Source of the DNA: Promethearchaeota archaeon
Lineage (GTDB): Archaea; Asgardarchaeota; Lokiarchaeia; Sigyniarchaeales; SOKP01
Length of the DNA stretch: 64,000 nt
Assembly: GCA_048938005.1 (NCBI GenBank)
Contig: JBHLMQ010000006.1
Span: forward strand, 64,001 to 128,000
Direction of reading: 5' to 3'
How positions within the stretch are numbered: the first letter of the stretch is position 1; each line of letters starts with the position of its first letter. Below, one piece after another: positions 28,938-38,198 of the stretch. Both the position numbers and the translations under genes were made by a program. Below the pieces are notes generated by a model. That model ran no database searches, was not told the origin of the DNA, and was given only the letters and a program-made list of their open reading frames with translations.

Positions 28938-29258
28938 TTATTCAGGCATTTTCATTCCTATTGTTGCCAAGGCTTCTCCTGGTTCTAACCAAACCTCATA
29001 TGAATATTCAAACCCCTCGATTTCATTGTACATAGCTAAAATCTCATTACCGCGAGTTAGAGCTTCTTCGAGTTTCCCTTTATTTACTCGGGATATAGTA
29101 ACAACTTTTATTCCAAATGTTGTCGTTTTAACAGCAGCATTTACAAGAGTCTCTCCTAATGATTCATCATCAGGATATTTACTTAATTGCTCTAGAAACT
29201 TTTTTGCTGCCTCGGGTGCTTTATGGCTTGGAAAGATAGCAGTTGTAAAGGTATACAT
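28938..29258 (-). CDS. Hypothetical 106-aa protein (possible dimeric alpha-beta barrel)
   Basis: GAGGTGG SD before the ATG; alternating beta/alpha pattern. Confidence 0.7.
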   Translation of the reverse strand: MYTFTTAIFPSHKAPEAAKKFLEQLSKYPDDESLGETLVNAAVKTTTFGIKVVTISRVNKGKLEEALTRGNEILAMYNEIEGFEYSYEVWLEPGEALATIGMKMPE

Positions 29259-29454
29259 ATTTTACCACCTCTATTATTATTTTATTTTTAAATAACATTA
29301 GATTTTAAGGCAAACGTTAAATTATTTCCGTGATATAAAAATCTTTACATTTTTAGCAAAAATGAAGAAATGGAATGTCATTTAAAAACAAAAAGAAACC
29401 GATCTAAAATGAAAGATATAGCTCTAGTTGATAAATCATTAATCATAACTCTAT

Positions 29455-30573
29455 TTATTTATTTTTTAGTTTATTTTTTTCCACTAGAATCATATTGTAA
29501 AGATCATCCATAGTTTGAGGAGGAACATATTGTTCTTCCTTTTTCTGAAGTGATATAGCTTCAGAAGGACATACAGCAACACAATTCCCGCAACCAATAC
29601 ATCGCTTTCTTTCTATTGAAGAAATGTCATCCTTTAATGTTATAGCTTTTAACTGGCATCGATCGATACATGTTTCACATCCGGTGCATAAATCAGGATC
29701 TACTTCAGCATAATAATTAGAAACCACATAATTTGCAGGATCTGGTACTTTTAATAAACCTCCTATCCCTCCATCACAACAATAGCAGCAACTACATATA
29801 AAGTCTATGTTTTGAGCATTATTTGGTCGAAAAATCAAGCCCTCTTCCTGATTTTGGTGTAATATTTTAAGAGTTTCTTCTTTGCTAATTTGGGTACCCC
29901 ATCCCTGATCAATATAATGTTGAGCCATATTCCCGAAGGTAATACAATTACTTTTGTGATTAGTCATTTTACATGGTTCTCCGTGGATTTCCATTTCTTG
30001 ACGGCAAATACAATTAACTTTAAGAAAAGGACCTTCATGTTTTTCTATGATTTTTTTTACATTATCATAAGGGGCAATATAATGCTCTGGTATAATGTCA
30101 ATATCAACTGGAATAATACGCAACTGCCCATAATCCGTTGGGTTAGCTTTTTCTCGCCATATTTCACTTAAATACTCATTTAAATCCTTTAAAAATTCCT
30201 TCGTAAGACTATTAACTTGGTATTCATACATACCGACTATTAATGGTGCAGTACCGAAAAATTTCTTATTTTCAACTCGTTTAGATATGATGGAACCCTT
30301 TTTTGCCATGATATCCAAAATTTTTTCTAATTCTTTTAAAGTTATTCCCGTATTCTTAGTTTGTTCATAAATTTGATCTAATGCCTCTATATCTCTATAC
30401 CAGCCAAAATTTAAAAATGTAGCAATTTTGGCTTCTTCAGGTGTAAAAAGATGCCTTAGAACGCGAATGTCTGATCCTGATTCTGCGCGAGGGAATCCAA
30501 TTGGCATTTGATCTAGATGCTTTTGTAATTTTCTATAAACATCAAGATCCTCAACATTATTTCCTTCAGCCAT
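29455..30573 (-). CDS. 4Fe-4S dicluster-containing protein with N-terminal HTH-like region
   Basis: CICR, ICSCCYCC, and two ferredoxin motifs CTGCETCIDRC and CIGCGNCVAVCP. Confidence 0.85.
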   Translation of the reverse strand: MAEGNNVEDLDVYRKLQKHLDQMPIGFPRAESGSDIRVLRHLFTPEEAKIATFLNFGWYRDIEALDQIYEQTKNTGITLKELEKILDIMAKKGSIISKRVENKKFFGTAPLIVGMYEYQVNSLTKEFLKDLNEYLSEIWREKANPTDYGQLRIIPVDIDIIPEHYIAPYDNVKKIIEKHEGPFLKVNCICRQEMEIHGEPCKMTNHKSNCITFGNMAQHYIDQGWGTQISKEETLKILHQNQEEGLIFRPNNAQNIDFICSCCYCCDGGIGGLLKVPDPANYVVSNYYAEVDPDLCTGCETCIDRCQLKAITLKDDISSIERKRCIGCGNCVAVCPSEAISLQKKEEQYVPPQTMDDLYNMILVEKNKLKNK

Positions 30574-30774
30574 ATTTTATTCATCCTAGTAATATTCGAT
30601 TTACAAATTACGTAATATTCTTAGTCTGCTTTTTATAAATTCTTTTTCATTTTGAAAAAGAAGATGAGCTCAACTAGAACTAATTAATAAAAATTCTAAA
30701 AAAGTTGAATTATGTAAATTTTATCCATGTCTTACATAAATAAATAAAAAATATAAGAAAAAAATGTAATAAAT

Positions 30775-32214
30775 TTATTTCTTCTTCCTTTTAGGCTCAA
30801 TTTTCTTAATTATAATTGATTCTGCGTGGATCTTGCAGTTTTTAAGGATTACTTTAAAACCTCCAGCACCACCTACTCCAGGGATTGTCATTCCAACAGT
30901 TCCCATTGGAACCATCGCACCCTCTTCTTCCCATTCCTCTTCTACTTCTTCTACACCACCAATAACAGCCTTAAACTCTTCAGTTTCTATAATTGGATGA
31001 CCAACTTTTTCCAACCATGATGGTAATTCACTCAAATCAGAAACATCCTCTTCAGTTGCAATTTTATCCCTTAAATCTTCTGGAAGGAATTCATATACTC
31101 GATCCTTAACTGTTTTACCCATCCATACGATTGTATAAATTCCTCCATCCAATCCTGATTTTATACCATCATATTTCTGGTATTTAGGTGAAATAATGTA
31201 TTGTATGCTTATACCGTTAAAACCAGGCATTTGTTTTCCTCCACCTGTCTGATTAGCCATTGCACTAAAAGGTAAACCATTAATAGCAACTCCATCAAAA
31301 CTTCTATCGATAATTCCATGACCTGCTCCTGTCTCTGGAATAAAGAAATCAATTGCTTCAAAACAACCGCATGAGGTATGGGGATATTCCATTCCCGAAT
31401 AAAGATAAATTCTATTGATTTCTCCTAGTGATCGCTTTTTTATCATCTCGTTAACTCCAGAAAATTCACCCGCTAATTCGTTTAAACATTCACCCATTGG
31501 AACTTCAAAAAGAGGTCCTTTCGGATCGACTCTAGCTGCAGCTCTTGCATCAAACCATGAAATAGAGCCACATAAACTCATCCGATTTGGTGTTATGCAA
31601 CAAGCATGAGTCGGAGCGAAACTCTGACATAAAACACACCCATAAAACATATCAACATCTTCATCATTGATGCTTCGGGCTCTTTCATCTCTTTTCTTAT
31701 AAATTTCTAATGCAAAATCATATGGTTCTTTAATTTTTTCAGGATCAGTATAGAATGTAACTTGAGCTTTTTTAATAATTGGAAGTTCAGCTTTATACAG
31801 TCTAATTAAAATAGTTCCAAGCATCTGAAAATTATCAAATCCTTTTTCTACAGCAGATTTAGAAATTCGCATCCAATTGGTATATCTTTGGTTTAAATGC
31901 ATTATTCCATTTACAAAATTGCAAAACTCATGAACCCTCCTTTCAAATACAGCTTCTAAATCTTCTTCAAGCTCAGGTCCGGCAACTTCTACCAAAATTC
32001 CAATAGGATGTCTTGATCCTACTTCCATTTCTTTTATATCAGGTCCAATGAGAGTTACCTTTCCATCTTCAATTTCTTTGTCTGGTTTTACTCTTACGAG
32101 CTCAAAATGCCGTTCTATTTTTGGACCACCAAGTTCAACATACATTTGGTTTCCTCGAATTCTTTCACCTTCATAAACTGGTCCAACATCTACAGGCATG
32201 TCAGCAAAACTCAT
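30775..32214 (-). CDS. cdhC: Acetyl-CoA decarbonylase/synthase beta subunit (ACS)
   Basis: PVDVGPVYEGERIR, VFERRVH, GCVLCQSFAPTHAC, HTSCGCFE A-cluster ligands, GGGKQ. Confidence 0.95.
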   Translation of the reverse strand: MSFADMPVDVGPVYEGERIRGNQMYVELGGPKIERHFELVRVKPDKEIEDGKVTLIGPDIKEMEVGSRHPIGILVEVAGPELEEDLEAVFERRVHEFCNFVNGIMHLNQRYTNWMRISKSAVEKGFDNFQMLGTILIRLYKAELPIIKKAQVTFYTDPEKIKEPYDFALEIYKKRDERARSINDEDVDMFYGCVLCQSFAPTHACCITPNRMSLCGSISWFDARAAARVDPKGPLFEVPMGECLNELAGEFSGVNEMIKKRSLGEINRIYLYSGMEYPHTSCGCFEAIDFFIPETGAGHGIIDRSFDGVAINGLPFSAMANQTGGGKQMPGFNGISIQYIISPKYQKYDGIKSGLDGGIYTIVWMGKTVKDRVYEFLPEDLRDKIATEEDVSDLSELPSWLEKVGHPIIETEEFKAVIGGVEEVEEEWEEEGAMVPMGTVGMTIPGVGGAGGFKVILKNCKIHAESIIIKKIEPKRKKK

Positions 32215-32249
32215 ATTTAAATTCTCCTCATATATTTTTGTTTACATTT

Positions 32250-32789
32250 TTATAATTTTTCAATTAAATTTTCTAAAAATATTTTCCATTCTGCATCACT
32301 TAAATTTGGCAAGCTAAATCTTGCATTTGGATGAGAATATTTATCTAAATCAATTGTTTTTACCCAATTTGTGAAATTTTTCAGCCGAGATAATGTTTGA
32401 GAGACATAAAAAACTAAATGACCTCCAAAAATTGCCATAGAATATTGTCCTTCTCCATCTAATCCAAGCCAATCTTTATCACACAATCGATTTGTGATAT
32501 TTATCAAAGACATATCGTATAATTTGTCATCAGTTATTCTCTCCTTTAAATATACATACGAATGACCTGTAGCAACTACATGACAGTCTATCTTATTGGC
32601 AATTTCTACAAAGTAATCTACAACTTTTTTACCATTGAGTTCCCAATTTAGGCATTCTGCGCCTATGACAAAAATCTTCTTCTGTGGATTCTTCAAAAAA
32701 TTAGCCATGACTGTTGGATCAGAAACAGATGTACCCATTTCAGGGCCTGGAATGTTTGCTTTTTGATATGGACGTGCCATTTCACTCAA
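32250..32789 (-). CDS. cdhB: CO dehydrogenase/ACDS epsilon subunit
   Basis: PYQKANIPGP, WLGLDGEGQY, LSRLKNF, YSHPNARFSLPNL; directly upstream of cdhC; TTG start. Confidence 0.9.
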   Translation of the reverse strand: MSEMARPYQKANIPGPEMGTSVSDPTVMANFLKNPQKKIFVIGAECLNWELNGKKVVDYFVEIANKIDCHVVATGHSYVYLKERITDDKLYDMSLINITNRLCDKDWLGLDGEGQYSMAIFGGHLVFYVSQTLSRLKNFTNWVKTIDLDKYSHPNARFSLPNLSDAEWKIFLENLIEKL

Positions 32790-32933
32790 TTTCCTCTGTT
32801 TTTATTTTTAAATAGAACTTTTAAAATACTTATTATACTTAGAATTATTAAAGACAATTTAAAAAAATTGTTTTTATTAAGTTTAAGCTAAAATAAATAG
32901 TCTTATAAGTATTACAAAAGTGTAAAATTAATC

Positions 32934-33233
32934 ATGTGTGAGTTTAAAATAATAAATGAAACCGATGATTCTCAAATAGGAGAGGATATTTTAGTTTTAT
33001 CATATACAGAAAATAACGAATTGATATTTAAAGATGTATTAGGGATGGGTGAAAAATTAGAGTCTGCGCTAATATTGGATGTAAATACCTTAAATCAGAC
33101 TTGTATTGTTCTCCAACATCCTCTTATTAGAGAATTTTTGGATTTAATACGTAGTATGGACGCTCAAAACGTCTATAAAGTTAAAATTGAAAAATTCATA
33201 AAAAGCCTTGAAGATCTTAAGAAAACTCTTTAA
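32934..33233 (+). CDS. cooT: CooT family nickel-binding protein with C-terminal helical extension
   Basis: N-terminal MCE motif, EDI...L.FKDVLG pattern; divergent from cdhB/cdhC. Confidence 0.75.
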   Translation: MCEFKIINETDDSQIGEDILVLSYTENNELIFKDVLGMGEKLESALILDVNTLNQTCIVLQHPLIREFLDLIRSMDAQNVYKVKIEKFIKSLEDLKKTL

Positions 33234-33298
33234 AATTAATAAAAAAGTAAATTTGTTAATCTTAGAACTTTTTAATGAAGTTTTCTTCTTAGATAAAT

Positions 33299-34156
33299 AT
33301 GGAAGTCAAGTTCTATGAAGATATTAATAAATTTTATAATCTTGTTTACGATTTCTTAGTGAAGAAGGAAGCTGAAAACAACTTGATTTTTTCAATTCTT
33401 AATACTATTAAAATTAATCCTAAAAGATATGGAGAAGAAAAGCCAATTTTAATAACTGTAAGTGAAAAAAGCGACCTAAAACTTGTATCTTTGAGAACTC
33501 CGCCTTATAATCAACTTCTTTCCTATACAGATGATTTAAAATCTATTGACATATTAGCCGAAATCCTTCTTCAAAAGAAGATGGAATTACCTGGTGTTTT
33601 GGGCTTAAAAGAGGGAGCAAAAAAATTTGCTCAATTATGGTGTGAAAATAAAAAATTGAAATCTCAACTAATTAGAAATGAAAGAGTTTACAAATTAGAA
33701 AAAGTTGCTGCTGAAACTTTAGGAAGTAGAGATTTCATTATAGGATCTGAAGAGGATCAATTAATAATATTAAATTGGGCAAAAGATTTTATTCTAGAAG
33801 CGTTACCCGAAAGAGATGAATCTCATTTAAAAAAATCTCAAGAAGCCCTTATAGATGATATTAAAAATGAAAAGATTTTCTTGTTGTTGGATAGTAATAA
33901 AGTAGTTTCGATGGCTAGAAAGGCTGGTAAAACACCTAATGGAAATTTAGTGAATTTAGTCTATACACCACGAGAATTAAGAAGAAGGGGATATGCAACT
34001 GAATGTGTAGCGAAACTTAGTAAACATCTTTTGGACGAGGGAAATAAATTTTGTTTTTTATTTACTGATTTAATGAATCCCGTCTCTAATAGTATATATC
34101 AAAAAATTGGTTATCGTCCTATAATTGATATTGATGAATATAAATTCACAATATAA
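33299..34156 (+). CDS. GNAT family acetyltransferase (FR47-like C-terminal domain)
   Basis: VYTPRELRRRGYA, CFLFTDLMNPVSNSIYQKIGY. Confidence 0.9.
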   Translation: MEVKFYEDINKFYNLVYDFLVKKEAENNLIFSILNTIKINPKRYGEEKPILITVSEKSDLKLVSLRTPPYNQLLSYTDDLKSIDILAEILLQKKMELPGVLGLKEGAKKFAQLWCENKKLKSQLIRNERVYKLEKVAAETLGSRDFIIGSEEDQLIILNWAKDFILEALPERDESHLKKSQEALIDDIKNEKIFLLLDSNKVVSMARKAGKTPNGNLVNLVYTPRELRRRGYATECVAKLSKHLLDEGNKFCFLFTDLMNPVSNSIYQKIGYRPIIDIDEYKFTI

Positions 34157-34246
34157 TAAATAAAGCATTAAAACAATAAAATAAAAAAAAAAGACACGAG
34201 AAAGTCTCCTGATTTTCTCCTGAATATTATTAGTAATTTTCTTTCT

Positions 34247-34528
34247 TTATTTTTTTGGAGGAAGAATTTCAATCTCAATCGATGATACATTGTTACTACT
34301 GCCATCGCTATTTGTTATAGTTTCAGTTCCGATTAATATTTCCCCATAGGTACATCCTTTCACAAATTTATTAATCAGAATTTCCGCTACATCTACAGCT
34401 CGGGAAATTGAGCGTCCTCGAGCTAATAGTCTAACTGGTTTCTCATTCAAAACTACCATTGCAGCCATTACATAACTCATTGATTTTTTTCTGCCAATAA
34501 AAACTTTTGAATCATCTTCTTTAGCCAA
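34247..34528 (-). CDS. albA: DNA/RNA-binding protein Alba
   Basis: VFIGRKKSMSYV, LARGRSISRAVDVAE, IGTE..VSSIEI; TTG start with GGTGA SD. Confidence 0.93.
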   Translation of the reverse strand: MAKEDDSKVFIGRKKSMSYVMAAMVVLNEKPVRLLARGRSISRAVDVAEILINKFVKGCTYGEILIGTETITNSDGSSNNVSSIEIEILPPKK

Positions 34529-34750
34529 AATTTGTCACCTTATCACTGATTTGCTTTAATTATTCTTTCTTTTAGTTTAATTCTTTTGTTTTCCTTTGTT
34601 ATTGTTTACAATAGGTTAATTATCTATAGATAATTAAGTTCTATAAAATAAGTTTAGATTTTAATATTACGCAATTTCAAATTTATTTTTTCAATATGAT
34701 ATAACAAAAAACAATTAAAAACTAAAACAAAAATTTAAAAAAAAATTTTA

Positions 34751-36433
34751 TTATGCATCCCAACCTCCTTTTGCTCGCGCTTCTTCAATATCTTTTTCCA
34801 CACGTTCTTTTAATACAACATAATCTGTTTTAGCGACTCTATTTAAGGGAAATTCATCCAAGAATACAACCAAGGAGGGCCTCTTATAAGCGGCCATGCC
34901 TTTACAATGTCCATATACTTGTTCCTCCGTTAAGGTTTCGCCTTCTCTAACTTTAATATACGCTACAATTCCATCTGTAAATACTTCATGTTTCGCACCA
35001 ACCACACCAACAAACTCAACTTGTGGTATTTCAGCAATAAATCCTTCAACCTCTGGGGGAAAGACTTGAAAACCCTTAGGCTTAATAAGGTATTTTCGTC
35101 GACCTGAGAGATGAAGTCCGCTTTCATCTTTAAAACCTAAATCGCCAGTATAGAGTACTCCATCTGTAGATAAGGTAGCTCGTGTAGCCTCTTCGTTTCC
35201 AAAATACCCAAGAAAGTTTTGTGGTCCTTGAAAGCAAATCTCCCCAATTTCTCCATCTGGTAATTCCTCACCTGTAGATCCATCTTCTTTCATAGGTTTT
35301 CGTATGCTCATAGGATAAATTGGATAATCTGTCCCTAAGCCAGCAAGTATATCATCAACAGTTCCATCTAAAGGAGTAAATGTACAAAATCCTGATGATT
35401 CCGTTAGCCCAAAACCGCTACCAAATTTAGGTGCCATTGATGATAGCCTCTCAAGGAAGGGTCTATCTACTGCTTGACCTCCATAAAGTGCAAATTTTAA
35501 GGAACTTAGATCATAATCACTGTAATTCGGTAATCGCCATTCCATTACAAATAGCGCCGGGATTTGACCAAATGTTGTGATTTTATATTTCTGTATAGCA
35601 TCTAAAGTTTTTACCGGATCAAATATATGCAAAACTACGCAAGTTGCACCAGCGAACATAGGAGTCATAAATTGTTCCGTAGTTCCACCCACATGTGAAG
35701 GGGGGAGGTTTACGAGCATTTTATCGTCATCTTCGATATCAAATCCTTTTGCCAAGCACATATTTTGGCAAGTTATGCTTTTATTAGTCAACATTGCTGG
35801 CTTAGGCCAACCTGTAGAGCCTGTCGTGAAGACAATCATAACTGGATCTTCTTCTCCTACTTTAACACATTCTTCCATAAATCCTTTCATAGATTCAGGA
35901 TTTTTCATAGCTTCTATAATCTCATTTCTCGCCTCTTCTGCAATTTGATACGCTGGAATTATTCCGCTTCTATATTTATCATCTGGAGCACTAAATTGTA
36001 CTACATATTCTAACCAAGGATTATTCTTTTTTACAGCTGCTCCAATCATCCCAAAATTCGCAGCTGAAGTTTTTCCAAGATGGCAATACATCTTACATTT
36101 CTCCTTTAGTAAATCTAAGTTCTTCATTATTTCTGGTGGTTTTAATCTTAAGTCCATTGGAGTCCACATTACACCCAATTTAGCACAGGCATATCCTAAA
36201 ATAATATGTTCATATAGGAATGGTAGAGATGTTGCTATTATATCTCCCTTTCTAAAGCCCATGTTATAAAGTTTGAACGCCATTCCTGTAATCGCTTCAT
36301 TAAACTCCTTATATGTTACCTCTTTTTCAGTATCATAAATTATAAATGCGGTTTTATCAGGTCTTTCTTTAGCCCATTTTTCGATCACACTACAGATTGT
36401 ATGGGGATGTTGATTAAATTCTTCCCAAGACAT
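34751..36433 (-). CDS. Class I adenylate-forming acyl-CoA synthetase
   Basis: FTTGSTGWPK, GFGLTE, YTGDLG, GRRK, VFPPEVE, terminal Lys in RVAKTD. Confidence 0.92.
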   Translation of the reverse strand: MSWEEFNQHPHTICSVIEKWAKERPDKTAFIIYDTEKEVTYKEFNEAITGMAFKLYNMGFRKGDIIATSLPFLYEHIILGYACAKLGVMWTPMDLRLKPPEIMKNLDLLKEKCKMYCHLGKTSAANFGMIGAAVKKNNPWLEYVVQFSAPDDKYRSGIIPAYQIAEEARNEIIEAMKNPESMKGFMEECVKVGEEDPVMIVFTTGSTGWPKPAMLTNKSITCQNMCLAKGFDIEDDDKMLVNLPPSHVGGTTEQFMTPMFAGATCVVLHIFDPVKTLDAIQKYKITTFGQIPALFVMEWRLPNYSDYDLSSLKFALYGGQAVDRPFLERLSSMAPKFGSGFGLTESSGFCTFTPLDGTVDDILAGLGTDYPIYPMSIRKPMKEDGSTGEELPDGEIGEICFQGPQNFLGYFGNEEATRATLSTDGVLYTGDLGFKDESGLHLSGRRKYLIKPKGFQVFPPEVEGFIAEIPQVEFVGVVGAKHEVFTDGIVAYIKVREGETLTEEQVYGHCKGMAAYKRPSLVVFLDEFPLNRVAKTDYVVLKERVEKDIEEARAKGGWDA

Positions 36434-36510
36434 TTTTTATTTCACTTTATTTTAATTTAATTTGGATTGAGTATATAAAATTAAGATATAAGACTAAAAA
36501 AATGTTTTTT

Positions 36511-37287
36511 TTAATAGAATTGTTTTTTAAAATCCTTAAGATATTGATCTTTATCTTCATGCTCATACCATGCTGAACCAATTTTCTCTAATTCATAAGC
36601 TTCATTATAAGATTTGTCTGCCAAATGATTACTGCATAATTTAATAGCATTCATAACTGTTTGATTTTTAGTAAAAAGAAATTTGGCTTTATCCAGCGCA
36701 ACTTTCATTAACTCATCCCGATCTTCTACAATCTGATCTATCAAACCGATTTCTAATGCTCTTTCAACACTGATTTTTTCAGCAAACATTAGTATTTTTT
36801 TTGTCCAGGGGATCCCAATGACTCTTGTCATTAATACAATAATACCTGTACCTGGAAAAATACCTAAGTTGATCTCGGGCATCATGAAAAAAGATTTTCT
36901 AATAGCTATCTTATAATCTGAACAAAGTGCATACGCAACTCCATCACCCATAGCTTTACCATTAATAGCACATACAACAGGTTTTCCATAATATAACAAA
37001 TCTTGGATAGATTTTGCCGTTTTTTCATATTCTTTTACAGCAACTTGGTCACTTCCATCAATTTCATCAATATCCATGCCTGTCGTGAAAGATGATCCAT
37101 TTCCAGTTAATATTATTCCTCTAATTTTTTCTGAATTTTGGCAGAATTCTATTGTTTTTTTAAGATTCTTTAACATTTCGGTAGTAATCGCGTTTCCTCT
37201 ATGAACTCGATTCAATTTTATAATTCCAAACTTTTTTTTTATTGAAAATTCAATAAAAACTCCAAAATCATTAGTTTCTGATGACAT
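36511..37287 (-). CDS. Enoyl-CoA hydratase/isomerase (crotonase) paralog 1
   Basis: SFTTGMDI, KPVVCAINGKAMGDG, MPEI. Confidence 0.9.
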   Translation of the reverse strand: MSSETNDFGVFIEFSIKKKFGIIKLNRVHRGNAITTEMLKNLKKTIEFCQNSEKIRGIILTGNGSSFTTGMDIDEIDGSDQVAVKEYEKTAKSIQDLLYYGKPVVCAINGKAMGDGVAYALCSDYKIAIRKSFFMMPEINLGIFPGTGIIVLMTRVIGIPWTKKILMFAEKISVERALEIGLIDQIVEDRDELMKVALDKAKFLFTKNQTVMNAIKLCSNHLADKSYNEAYELEKIGSAWYEHEDKDQYLKDFKKQFY

Positions 37288-37309
37288 ATTAATTCAATTT
37301 AAATTTTTC

Positions 37310-38086
37310 TTACTCAAATTTTATTTTAAAATCCTCAATATATTTTTCTTTATCTTCATATTCATACCAAGATGAACCATATTTCTCAATTTCGTAAGCT
37401 AGAGTATAGGATTTATCGGCCAAATGGTTACTGCATAATTTGATAGCATTTAGAACTGTTTGATTTTTTGTAAAAAGGAACTTAGCTTTATCTAATGCTG
37501 CTTTCATCAAATTTTCTTTATCGCTTACAATTCGATCTATCAGTCCTATTTTCAGAGCTTTTTGAGTATCAATTCGCTCAGAAAACATACACATTTTTTT
37601 AGTCCAAGGAATTCCAAGTATTCTTGAAAAAAGGACCAAACATGCGGCACCAGTAAAGATTCCAGAAAATATCTCTGGCATTTGAAAAAAACTTTCCTTA
37701 GTAGCAATTCGATAATCGCAACTTGTTAAAAACACTACACCTTCACCCATGGTTCGTCCATTTACCGCACAAATAGCTGGTTTACCATAATAGATTAATT
37801 TACAGATATTTGCCGCAGTCCCTTCCAAATATTTCACTGCTTCATGATCGCTCCCATCAATAGCTCCTAAGTCAACTCCAGTACTAAAAGAAGTTCCATT
37901 ATTTGTTAGAATTAATCCCCTTATTTTATCTTCTTTTTGGCAGTATTCTACAGCTTTTTTTAAATTTTCGAATTGTTTAATATCAAATGCATTTGATCTA
38001 TGAAGTCTATTAAGTGTTATAATCCCAAATCGCTTTTTTACTGTGAAATCGATATATTCTCCAAATTGTAAATTATTAGAAGACAT
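37310..38086 (-). CDS. Enoyl-CoA hydratase/isomerase (crotonase) paralog 2
   Basis: SFSTGVDL, KPAICAVNGRTMGEG, MPEI; same length (258 aa) as its neighbour. Confidence 0.9.
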   Translation of the reverse strand: MSSNNLQFGEYIDFTVKKRFGIITLNRLHRSNAFDIKQFENLKKAVEYCQKEDKIRGLILTNNGTSFSTGVDLGAIDGSDHEAVKYLEGTAANICKLIYYGKPAICAVNGRTMGEGVVFLTSCDYRIATKESFFQMPEIFSGIFTGAACLVLFSRILGIPWTKKMCMFSERIDTQKALKIGLIDRIVSDKENLMKAALDKAKFLFTKNQTVLNAIKLCSNHLADKSYTLAYEIEKYGSSWYEYEDKEKYIEDFKIKFE

Positions 38087-38198
38087 AATTTACATTAATT
38101 TTCAATTAATAAAAAACAATAATAAATTAATTCAATATAAATGATTTATGGAGAAGTAAAACTTGATAGAAAACAAAAACTCATTAAATTAAATATAG

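Noticed and set aside
33299-34528. GNAT acetyltransferase next to Alba as a Pat-like Alba acetylation system
   Set aside because: The genes are convergent and the GNAT is a two-domain FR47-like type rather than Pat; adjacency alone is weak evidence
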